Positions 48,601 through 57,269 of a stretch of 62,471 nt of DNA are shown in pieces. This stretch comes from Phoronis australis (lineage: Eukaryota; Animalia; Phoronida): positions 92,766 through 155,236 of the forward strand of contig NMRA01000773.1 of NCBI GenBank assembly GCA_002633005.1. The letters are read 5' to 3'. Within the stretch, counting starts at the first letter, position 1. Every line of letters begins with the position of its first letter. Under the pieces are notes generated by a model. The model saw nothing but the letters and a program-made list of their open reading frames with translations, was not told where the DNA came from and ran no database searches. A program made the position numbers and the translations under genes.

Positions 48601-51530
48601 ATTGGTAGCGGGATTTGGCGGGAAAGTTGTTATCAATCCACTTTTTGTGGACGACAGATGGCGATCCAAACGGCGTCCACAAGTTTTCCGTCTCGTTTTC
48701 CTGACGAAAGCGGATCATTCCGATGCCGCACAGTAGCACGCATATCACAGAGACGAAAATGGTTTTCCATGGGTGGTTTCCTATTAACTTTCCGAGTCTG
48801 AAGGGAATGAATTAACTGTTAATTTTGATTATCATGATCATACACTCAAGTAAAAAGTACGTACACCCTGATGACACAGTCATTATAATATTCGAAAGCG
48901 TCATGTCTTGACGTGAACTACATTAAGACGCATTTTTGTCTGACTGGTTAATAAAAATCGCCTGAAAATGGTTGGTTAGGAACATCTGGTTCCTTACACT
49001 AAACAGAAACGAATTAACTAAATTTTGTTTTTGTCGAAACATAAATCACGCTCTCGCCTATGAGATCTCATAAATACCCTTGCACGACGCCTGGCGTTTT
49101 GACCACGATTCTGGTGACTTTGGCAAAATTTGGGGCTATTTTCTGTCGGCGTGACAGAACTGCAAAGACGCAATCCCGCCCTGTCCAGCTTCGGACATGC
49201 GGTTTCCATAAGGTCACAGCACCGTAATGGAGCCACACGACTCAAAAGTCGAGTTTGTAAGAACAACACGTCATACAAAGGTAAATGTCGGGATCACGAG
49301 GCGGTCATTCACTGTGCGCTAGAAAAAATCGAACTGTAAGAAGTGACATGCTTTACGTCCAAGTTTCAGTTCTCCGATAGAATGACACGCTGCACGTAAC
49401 GTGGGCTTGCGTACATCAGTGATGGCTTGCGTATTAATGAGAACTTGTCTGCTTGCAGAATGATATCGATTTCTATACTGGTTTATTTCATTTGACAAGC
49501 TGGAAAACTTCTGTTACACCAATGAGCTATTTCTGTACCATTGGTTATGCTAAGTAAAGATAATGATATATGCAATTTACAAAGTCTATCCATGTTTTAA
49601 GAAAATGTCATGACGGTAGCCCCCACGCCATGTATTTGACTGTTCACTGAAAGTGCTGAGGCATGTAAATGATGCTGCTAAAAACTAGACTTCACCCCTC
49701 TTTTCAATATCATCGAGTCCACAACAGCATAAAACTGATGAATATGCATTAAATGGATTTGCAGCGAAAAAAGATGTCTTGCTGGAAGGTGTACTTAAGG
49801 ATGTATAGAACACGCCTGTGCATTTTTCCAAATGACAAAGGAAACTATAAAAATTAGCGGAAGAATTAGTATTTTTGGAAAACAAAAAGCTACTTAGTTG
49901 TTGACTTTGCAACAAGCTGGGCTGGGTTGCATAAAACTTCAAAATTATCCCTTGGATAAGCTTGATTGTTACATGACGTCAGGTGGATTGTTCAGCAATA
50001 ACAATGTGGCGAGTGATAATGCGACGTCATTGTTGCTGCACAACGTATAACTTTTATGCAACTGGGCCCTGGAGTTGATCGTGTCACGTAACCATAGTGT
50101 TTTAGTAAAATTTAGTGAAGAAGAAAGGCGATATTGTAGCAAAGCAAATGTATCAATAACATGGCCAGACTTCGTTTAATATAAATTTTCAATATGAGGT
50201 TAGAAACATCGCTGTTACCGTTTTCTAAGTTATCATTTCGCTTTCGTTTTTGATAGCTGGTCACTTTTTCATAAGAATCATGAAATAGCTAGTTTCTATA
50301 GATCGTCATTCAAAGTGCATCAATTTAACCCCGGTTCCCAGGAGGGTATAAGTATTTAAAGCATAGTATCTGATGGTGTCATATCAATGCAATTAGTGTT
50401 GAACAGCCATGTCGGAGATGTGATGTTCCAAAGTTACTGGTGGCAAAAACTGCCGGGATATTTTGCAAGGCTCTATACAACATCAGGTTCCACGTTTCAA
50501 AACAACTACTGCAAGATACAGCTTCAAGTGTGGAGACCTTACGCGTACATATACGTTTGGACTTATGTCTTTTGTTGGGGCTGTAAACTGACCTTGAGGA
50601 TATTCAACCAGACTTTTAGGATATTCAAACGTCTCTTACGATCGGGTGGATACCTCGAATCTTCATCGGCACTTTCTTCAATATAGTTTTTATCTTAAAG
50701 CATACCCCCATCAAAATCTTCGAGCCCCTCCCCCCTCCCCCAATGATCGCGGTGATTCGCATTTCTCAAACTGGCGTCTATACTAAGCTGGGAAGTGTCT
50801 TGGTACCAGTTGAAACTATTGTTAAATTTCTGCAGTAATCAAAACTCATGTCAATGTTCAATGATGGATTACCAATGTCTATTGAAACTGGGATGAGGTG
50901 GAACTGATAAGAGGTATATTTTATTCTCCATTCGAATTTCTTATCATCGACTTAAAGCCTTGGGTCCAATGACCTTGGTTACAAGTCTGGGTCTCGAGTA
51001 AAAAAACGACTGATCAGTTTCTTGAAGAAGACTTCAGAAACCTGTGCAGTCACGCCAAAAGGAGGATCAGCAGAACAGTCAATAATATTTCAACATTTTT
51101 GAAGACGGTGAAGCTGCCATGTTGCTAGACTACATTGAATATACATGAACGGCATAGCAACACAGGGACTTGTGTCAGTCATAAGTGTAACGTAGTAGGG
51201 GATCAAATACACCACGCAGCTAGGTCGAGCACTCGGGGAACTCAACCTTTTTCCAGTGATCATTATTTCCCGGCGTGCAACGGAAATGCTGGGAGTTATA
51301 GTGTCCTAGATAATAGGGAAACAATCATGCAGCTGTGACTGTGAGTCAAAGAGAAACACCACCCAACCCGTAATCAACCCATATGACGACGGAAAAGCAT
51401 ACCTGTAAAATATCCTTTCTAGCGCCTCAACAATGATATTACTTAATCGTTCCAGGCAGTTACGCTTGCGTTGAGCTTTCACCTGAACATCACCGTCCTT
51501 CTTTATACTCGGATTACTCGATGAGGCCAT
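32904..51530 (-). CDS. PTCHD3-like: Patched-related / patched domain-containing 3-like SSD (RND-family) 12-TM protein; 19 coding exons, 1000 aa
   Basis: Exons spliced by hand: join(51403..51530,48551..48797,47735..47805,46590..46709,45683..45815,43768..43865,43393..43513,42793..42916,42260..42432,41710..41958,41082..41259,40449..40613,38918..39048,37684..37839,35987..36112,35509..35653,34540..34661,33656..33844,32904..33230). All introns are GT..AG with matching phases; total 3003 nt. Motifs: LWTP after TM1, PFLLLGIGVDDMFV (TM4), TSITDFVAFAIG, LPALQSFC, GLAVDYSAH (TM10), GPAVFNGGFSTFL, HGLAFLPVLLSWIGP. No NPC1 N-terminal domain. Exact orthology not established. Confidence 0.93.
33656..33844 (-). 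CDS. PTCHD3-like exon 18 (TM12)
   Basis: attcaag / gtgagt; VFLGVVVYGLFHGLAFLPVLLSWIGPAPY... Confidence 0.93.
34540..34661 (-). CDS. PTCHD3-like exon 17 (TM11)
   Basis: ttttcag / gtaagt; RALTTIGDMGPAVFNGGFSTFLAFILLAMSTSYVFTTFFK. Confidence 0.95.
35509..35653 (-). CDS. PTCHD3-like exon 16 (TM10, GLAVDYSAH)
   Basis: tgcacag / gtgaga; VDLGGMMYLWGLTIDTVSSVQVILAIGLAVDYSAHIAHMF. Confidence 0.95.
35987..36112 (-). CDS. PTCHD3-like exon 15 (TM8-9)
   Basis: accatag / gtaagt; VIQEELYRNIGLAFGCVFIVTLLLIANLWTSLMVLLCVVLTL. Confidence 0.93.
36407..37286 (-). mobile_element. 5'-truncated L1/Tx1-type LINE with 15-bp TSD in PTCHD3-like intron 14
   Basis: TSD TTTATTTGAAATAGT at 36392-36406 and 37287-37301; zf-RVT-like FQFRLVYR..LCTF..EIESIVHVYWSC..QQFW; AATAAAAAA tail; (TA)n at ~36632-36659. 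Confidence 0.85.
37684..37839 (-). CDS. PTCHD3-like exon 14
   Basis: gcttcag / gtaagc; ASKINLKHKNLPDAQTEVKAMDDLRRI...FAYSRQYLNWEGNK. Confidence 0.92.
38918..39048 (-). CDS. PTCHD3-like exon 13
   Basis: tttttcag / gtaagt; NWPRNATYFYRLLNAFVMWVPAGRKYTNSVNITETDDGEFILI. Confidence 0.88.
39139..39710. mobile_element. CATAGGCGTA-TIR MITE ends plus a ~260-bp local duplication
   Basis: C(A/C)TAGGCGTA at ~39139 and 39193; TACGCCTATG at ~39380 and ~39638; 39290-39455 resembles 39547-39710. Confidence 0.65.
40449..40613 (-). CDS. PTCHD3-like exon 12
   Basis: tctttag / gtaaga; DIDYYKDWKYVDEIAQ... Confidence 0.9.
41082..41259 (-). CDS. PTCHD3-like exon 11 (TM7)
   Basis: gttttag / gtatga; ITVLVITAGLLGLNIWGIINLKQNFDFKWFLASDSYL. 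Confidence 0.93.
41710..41958 (-). CDS. PTCHD3-like exon 10 (TM6, Cys cluster)
   Basis: cttccag / gtacag; ILPALQSFCAFACLGII...RNACCCCYV...YAPLLMKTPVK. Confidence 0.94.
42260..42432 (-). CDS. PTCHD3-like exon 9 (GIGVDD, TM5)
   Basis: taaacag / gtgagt; IGVDDMFVIIQAWRNL...AGVAITVTSITDFVAFAIGAST; the correct frame is absent from the ORF track. Confidence 0.95.
42793..42916 (-). CDS. PTCHD3-like exon 8 (TM3-TM4)
   Basis: tttgtag / gtaagc; AWLSFSGIIVIGCSILVSFGLASAFGAPYGPVHSILPFLLL. Confidence 0.93.
43393..43513 (-). CDS. PTCHD3-like exon 7 (TM2, start of SSD)
   Basis: atttcag / gtaggt; FGDEGGGNIRSDIIFLSAGYGLIICYVTLVLG. Confidence 0.92.
43768..43865 (-). CDS. PTCHD3-like exon 6
   Basis: tttgaag / gtgagt; GDEHVLEWESKYIDVGKEGHKDVKKVYVSSTR (conserved WE motif). 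Confidence 0.88.
44316..45058. mobile_element. Possible TTAA-flanked non-autonomous DNA transposon (Kolobok-like)
   Basis: TTAA|GGT....ACC|TTAA ends with only weak TIR similarity; AT-rich non-coding interior. Confidence 0.35.
45258..45410. mobile_element. hAT MITE related to the 19.6-22.1 kb hAT
   Basis: TIR (T/C)AGTGCTGTAGTGG; the left ~90 bp match the reverse complement of 22010-22094. Confidence 0.8.
45683..45815 (-). CDS. PTCHD3-like exon 5
   Basis: acttcag / gtagtt; PVFFGDYDVTKVLGQITRNESGFIVGAKSATMTYFIADSGNTTQ. Confidence 0.88.
46140..46294. mobile_element. ~155-bp MITE (copy 2)
   Basis: GTTCAGTAACGCTAGGACC / GGTCCCAGCGTTACTGAAC TIRs; matches 15366-15522. Confidence 0.78.
46590..46709 (-). 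CDS. PTCHD3-like exon 4
   Basis: tttgaag / gtatgc; LFGRICWGSSLLELWKHDEGVIRNLTYEQIVEKINSTER. Confidence 0.87.
47735..47805 (-). CDS. PTCHD3-like exon 3
   Basis: tttccag / gtaagt; MMDIDMKVKNISGNKYNWTSICT; phase 0 to 2. Confidence 0.85.
48551..48797 (-). CDS. PTCHD3-like exon 2 (TM1, ENLWTP)
   Basis: cccttcag acceptor, gtaagg donor; LGKLIGNHPWKTIFVSVICVLLCGIGMIRFRQENETENLWTPFGS. Confidence 0.92.
49920..50068. mobile_element. PIF/Harbinger-type MITE with CTG TSD
   Basis: CTG|GGCTGGGTTGCATAAAA ... TTTTATGCAACTGGGCC|CTG. Confidence 0.7.
51403..51530 (-). CDS. PTCHD3-like coding exon 1 (MASSSNPS...ALERIFY)
   Basis: ATG at 51530; donor AG|GTATGC; phase 2 joins exon 2 to give FYRLGKLIGNHPW, the typical pre-TM1 motif. 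Confidence 0.85.
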
Positions 51531-52303
51531 TTTCACGTCAGATCCTGGCAAAATTACACATAACTATGCCTTCCCTGTGCTCCCGTTACATAAATCTATC
51601 GAGTTTCATAACACTGTTTTGATGCCATTGTTGACTGCCGTCTGACCTGGAACATACAGGTAGATGTAACAAGAGCTCTAAATGGCTGCTTTGTGTGACG
51701 CCAGCCAGAACTATTAATCTATGCCAGCGTACCAAAAGCCGGGCCGCTTTTCATTGAATGTACGATATAATACCCGATAGTGTTTGTGTTGTATTATTGA
51801 TCAAATCAATAATAGCCTTGTATGCTTGCGATTCAACACAGTCAATACAAAATCAGGTCATGGATATGGGGGTATTGCACGCGTTTTGGTCTGTATAGCT
51901 CTATCCACAACCCCTTAAAGCTGACACCTTTACTTACTAAAACGTTTTACCTACATGTAGAAATATTTATTTGAGAACGCGGAAAAACGTTACCGACGGA
52001 ACTGTATGGTAGCTTCCCGTGATTCTGGTACTAATTGCAGCGTGTCTAGATATTATTTGCGTGATGCACAAAAACTGGCACGTGTATGACGTGAACCGTC
52101 TCTTTCTTTCAAGATGAAGAAGCAGTTAAATGTTTGCCTGTGTGTTCACATGTTCCTACTTCTCGCCGAGAAAAGGGTCACTGTAGCACCAACCAACATC
52201 TACAACCTGAGAGCAAATCCGAGCGGCCTTTTTTGTATGACGGTTAATGTCAAATCATAATGAACAAATAACCTTGGGGCAAACCTGTATACATATACAT
52301 GTA

Positions 52304-52427
52304 GATTATTACATGGCGAAGTCGTTATCCACCGTATTCTAGAGCCCGAGTGGATTTTAGAAAATTATTTCTCCAAAATCCACGAGGGCTCTAGATAAGG
52401 GGGATAACGACTGAGTATGTAATAATC
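52304..52427. repeat. ~124-bp imperfect palindrome
   Basis: GATTATTACAT..AGTCGTTATCC..TCTAGAGCCC..GTGGATTTT pairs with AAAATCCAC..GGGCTCTAGA..GGATAACGACT..ATGTAATAATC. Confidence 0.85.
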
Positions 52428-53277
52428 CATTCATACCACATACTGAACGAAAAACATTGCAATGAATCGATCTACCATTCTGGACTCGCCTCGGCTTTGT
52501 GACTATTTTCAATGTCAGAGTCCCGGCGTCGGAGGTCGTGACCTTTTACCTTTTTTGTCAAATGATGCTTTTACTCAAAACTAATTGAAAATTTAAACAA
52601 AATAGAAATAAAGTGAATCTATAAATTAAGGTTTAGCAACTATTGTAGCTTACTACACACTGAGTTTATCACGCTAAGCTTCGACGGGGAAAATATCGTC
52701 TGCTAAAATAGGTTACAATTAGTAACTGAGTATAATGCTCAAGTCAAAGGATTCCGACGACACGAGTGCGAGAATACGAGAGAAAAAATTAACTGAATTA
52801 GAATATCGTTTTTATGGAAGTTTTGCGTCTTATTATTCATAGCTTACAATAGCGGAGTTGCAACCGAATCGATTTAACGATTGCGCATGTCCGGAAATTA
52901 GGGTGCGCAAAGGCTACTGGGATTGTTGATGGTAAACGGGATGACCGACTGGTTTGCACGACGTGTAATTTGTGTGCATTAAACTACGCTGCTGTATGTA
53001 ATTCTGCCGCTATTCGCCCTAATTAGCGCCCATGGCTCAACAAGTGCCCCAACGCGATTTCAGACTTTGCTAAAGTAAGCGCCCAGCCCATGAATGCGAA
53101 AAATGCCCTTTTACCTACAGTTCTAACGTCTCCAATTTATCAATTGAAAGATCCGACAGCCTGAATTTGTAACGGACCACGAGCCTCACCGTTATGTCCG
53201 TATACACTTCAAACTTACGCCGCGATTCAAAAAGAACGCAGAAGTTTTGCTGCTCTTGCGAGGGATGTGCCCCACTA

Positions 53278-53999
53278 NNNNNNNNNNNNNNNNNNNNNNN
53301 NNNNNNNNNNNNNNNNNNNNNNNNNNNNNNNNNNNNNNNNNNNNNNNNNNNNNNNNNNNNNNNNNNNNNNNNNNNNNNNNNNNNNNNNNNNNNNNNNNNN
53401 NNNNNNNNNNNNNNNNNNNNNNNNNNNNNNNNNNNNNNNNNNNNNNNNNNNNNNNNNNNNNNNNNNNNNNNNNNNNNNNNNNNNNNNNNNNNNNNNNNNN
53501 NNNNNNNNNNNNNNNNNNNNNNNNNNNNNNNNNNNNNNNNNNNNNNNNNNNNNNNNNNNNNNNNNNNNNNNNNNNNNNNNNNNNNNNNNNNNNNNNNNNN
53601 NNNNNNNNNNNNNNNNNNNNNNNNNNNNNNNNNNNNNNNNNNNNNNNNNNNNNNNNNNNNNNNNNNNNNNNNNNNNNNNNNNNNNNNNNNNNNNNNNNNN
53701 NNNNNNNNNNNNNNNNNNNNNNNNNNNNNNNNNNNNNNNNNNNNNNNNNNNNNNNNNNNNNNNNNNNNNNNNNNNNNNNNNNNNNNNNNNNNNNNNNNNN
53801 NNNNNNNNNNNNNNNNNNNNNNNNNNNNNNNNNNNNNNNNNNNNNNNNNNNNNNNNNNNNNNNNNNNNNNNNNNNNNNNNNNNNNNNNNNNNNNNNNNNN
53901 NNNNNNNNNNNNNNNNNNNNNNNNNNNNNNNNNNNNNNNNNNNNNNNNNNNNNNNNNNNNNNNNNNNNNNNNNNNNNNNNNNNNNNNNNNNNNNNNNNN
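53278..53999. other. Assembly gap (N run)
   Basis: Run of N. Confidence 1.
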
Positions 54000-54200
54000 T
54001 TTTCTTGCCGCCCTCAAAATGAGCGCTGCACACTTTATGCTACGAAGTCGGAAAGAATTCACGAAGTCGGCCTTTGCTACCAGCTCTACCGATGTCTCTG
54101 ACCCATGTTTAACGCAGTTCTTGATCCTTGGGAAACAGGTAGTAACTAATTTTTTTATTTCGCAAACTGGTATTATAGCATGCCAGGCACACAACACGTA
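54000..54200 (-). pseudogene. Decayed THAP domain (DNA transposon-derived), truncated by the gap
   Basis: VCLACYN..ISYYLFPKDQELR*TWVRDIGR..FFPTS*HKVCSAHFEGG, with in-frame stops. Confidence 0.75.
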
Positions 54201-54396
54201 TAACCTCCCTGTGGCCGGTTCGCCCCCACGCTTGCCGACGTACTTGTTTACCGGCTTAACCACAATGCAACATTCTGACCCATTTCCAATATGGCGGCGT
54301 TGCAACTCCGCTATTGTCATTACAATACCCTTTGCTGAACATGCAATTGTTGTGCGTGCTCATTTAAGTATTCTATTTTCACGTTCGAAGACGTCA

Positions 54397-54475
54397 GCCG
54401 CTGAGTGGTGCAGTGGTAAAATCCACGACCCGAAACTCTTGAGGCCCGGGTTCGAAACGGGCCTCCGTTCCCGCC
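54397..54475 (+). mobile_element. tRNA-derived SINE head / tRNA-like pseudogene
   Basis: A box TGGTGCAGTGG (54406), B box GGTTCGAAAC (54449) inside the GAGGCCCG/CGGGCCTC stem; no complete cloverleaf acceptor stem. Confidence 0.6.
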
Positions 54476-55384
54476 AAAATGTTATCTCACTAGTAAGATA
54501 ACTAAATGGGTTATTACGCGGTTGTATTGGGCATTCGAGGCTAGTATAAATGTAATTATACACCTTCACCTGACTCAAAAAATTGCCATTTTTAAATTGC
54601 AGTTTTTCTTGAGTTAGCTAAATTAGTTAATAGTTGTAAAATGTTGCCGTTCTACCGGGCCGTTTCAACGCCATGAAATACAGTGTCACCTATTGTACAA
54701 TTTTTGTTTCCCCTATTGTTCAGTCGTTGTATTCGGTTACCACCAAAGTATCTATATGAGTTGTCACTATCTCATTACCAGAAAACTGAATTTCTGTGCA
54801 CTTCTGCTTTGGCAAAGCTGTCATTTTCACCGCAGGATGTCGTAACAATTAGCACATCGCACGTGCGGGTGTCAGGATCGACGGCTGTACTGTTTTCAAG
54901 TAAATGACAGACTGTGTTACAAAAACTAGAGAATGAAACAAGAAAATGACGTCTATTAGTCTTATTTCCACTTGAACGCCTGGCGAACAAGAAGACGAGA
55001 GTGTCAGTTGACTCACATACTTTTTCAAACGTTTATTATCAAAATATTCAGAAAAATAAATATACATACCCAGAAAGCGCCAAGAGGTAATGTATCTGGC
55101 TTAAATACATACAAAGAAATCTAAATACAATTATTATACACAAATAAATACATTAAAAAAGTGATGTTAAGATTACAATGGCATACGATTACGAATGTAA
55201 ATAAATCATCTCCATACACAATAAGCTATTTTACATGTATACAATTGTATCGACTCACACAAAGAGATTTAATATTAAAAAGAAATTTTGATATTATTTC
55301 GATTAAAATCTAATACTCACTTGGGTCAAGTTCTTATATCAATTAAAAAAATAATGTTTTGTTATACATTTGAAGTCTATCCCA

Positions 55385-55575
55385 GTCGTTAGCTTCACAG
55401 TGAGATATGTTTCACGATCAGGTGACGAGCAGAACTACTGTACACCTTGGCGGTTAGTAAGCCAGCTAGTAATGAAAAAGACTAACCGTAGTGTGTTTAC
55501 GTCACACAGACTTCGAAATTTCACATAGCTCGTCACCTCGCGGTGAAAGTAAGGCCTTACTAACGATCGGAGGAG
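55385..55575. mobile_element. Small inverted-repeat element (MITE-like)
   Basis: TCGTTAG/CTAACGA and TTTCAC..AGGTGACGAGC/GCTCGTCACCT..GTGAAA inverted pairs. Confidence 0.5.
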
Positions 55576-55739
55576 GGCATACAGTGCGAGTCAAGTGACT
55601 CTCGCATTGCGTGTTACAACTGTTTAATTAGAAAAAAAAAATCTAATAAAAGTCATTTTCTAACAAATTTCCTGCCTGTAACTCGACTTGAAGACAGCAC
55701 GCTCGGCGTGACACGCGCACACTCCATTTGCTAAAATTC

Positions 55740-56925
55740 TTGTGACATATTTGAAGATGGTATTTCTGCTTCATTTTTGTTAAAAACTTCATGAAACGTA
55801 TCTTTACGCAAACACTTTCATTCGAAACGTTACCCCAAAATAATACAATTCGAATATGACATCGTTTTTTCAAAATAAACTGAATTTAATACAGACTTTT
55901 TAGTTTAATTTTTATTTTTGGTGTGGCGCATCAAGAAATGATAGATGCCGGGCAAAGTATCAATCGAAATTCGAGTGTCTTGCGCGGGTCGAATATGAAC
56001 TTGGAATTTAGCTTTATCTGAAGATTGTATATGGGCCTTCGTGAACTTGGAATACCCACGAAAACGTGGCGTCTTCACTCAAACAATGGCGTTCACCTTA
56101 CTATAAATCGTTAACTGGTAATATGATTGGCCTTGGGACCAATACTTGCAAATATTCTCTATATTAAACAAAAAATTTCCCGTAAAGTATTTCTTTAATG
56201 TGTTTTTAATTCCAAGCTCACGCATAGGCACTTATCAAGTTAAGCAAAATTCACACACACACCAAGCAAGCAATGGAAAGTGTTCGGCATAAGATAGGTC
56301 ATCATCTGTTGAAAAAGCCAGCTAAGCGTCCTCGTGTATTTCCAATGCAAAATTTCAGTTGAAGACCAGTTTGAGTTGCTGAACTTATCTGCGCTACCAG
56401 ATGGCTGTTACGCCTTCCCAGTTAGCCAAGATTTTGCTCCAAAGATAAGTCATCAGCAGACTTGGGATTTCCGAGGCGTCAGTTGTGCTAACCATAGTTT
56501 TCGTAATGTTTCGGTAGCTCTATTTTACTGCCTAGCAGTATACAATAGAACATTACGACATTGCAGTATTTCTTTAGTAAATCACTAATAAATCACCAAT
56601 TTGTACCGTATTTTACTGTTTTAGCTGTTTAGTCCGCAGTTTCACCCACTGTCCCTGCTTGGCCTTACGTCGAACAAGCAAAGAAGCCAATTTACAAGGC
56701 TAGCATTTCCCAAGTAAAAGTAAGTGGACGAGAGGGTAAGGACCGTTGAAACAAAGTAAGAATTTTTGACAGTTAAGCAATGGACTGCTACACACCACTT
56801 GTCTTTTGAGAACACTCTGGGTTAGGCTGTTATCAATATTGGAGTATTGGAGCAATGCAGATGTTGAGTAAAAGTCAAACCAAGGCTTTGCAAAATTGGC
56901 CACGTTTTGATGAAGTCCACTCTAG
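55740..56925 (-). repeat. Dispersed repeat homologous to 25460-27070 (carries the empty MITE site)
   Basis: The reverse complement aligns across the 25949-26755 insertion point at ~56035-56045. Confidence 0.8.
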
Positions 56926-57269
56926 TACCAATGTTTACTAGTGTACTTGTTAGTTACAATAGTCATTGATAGAAAAAATAAAAAGTCTTTAAATTATTTA
57001 ACTTGCGTTCGCAAGTTATTGTTGTCGCCAATCAGCTCCGAATCACTTAACTATAGTCAGTGAAGCCGAGATCACACAGATAAAATCTTCATGAATAATT
57101 TGACAGTTTCTGTGTTCAAGCAACCTCACAACATTCACATACTGATACTTGTAGCGTAAGTCAGTAAATGTAATTATAAGGCACTGTTTTCGGCATTGTT
57201 TTCTTGTTACTTCAAGAAAAATCCGCATTTTCTTGTTGAGTCTCCATAGCGTGTCACGTACAACGGCTT

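Noticed and set aside
53115-54501. 250-435-aa ORFs in the track
   Set aside because: Artefacts of reading through the N gap
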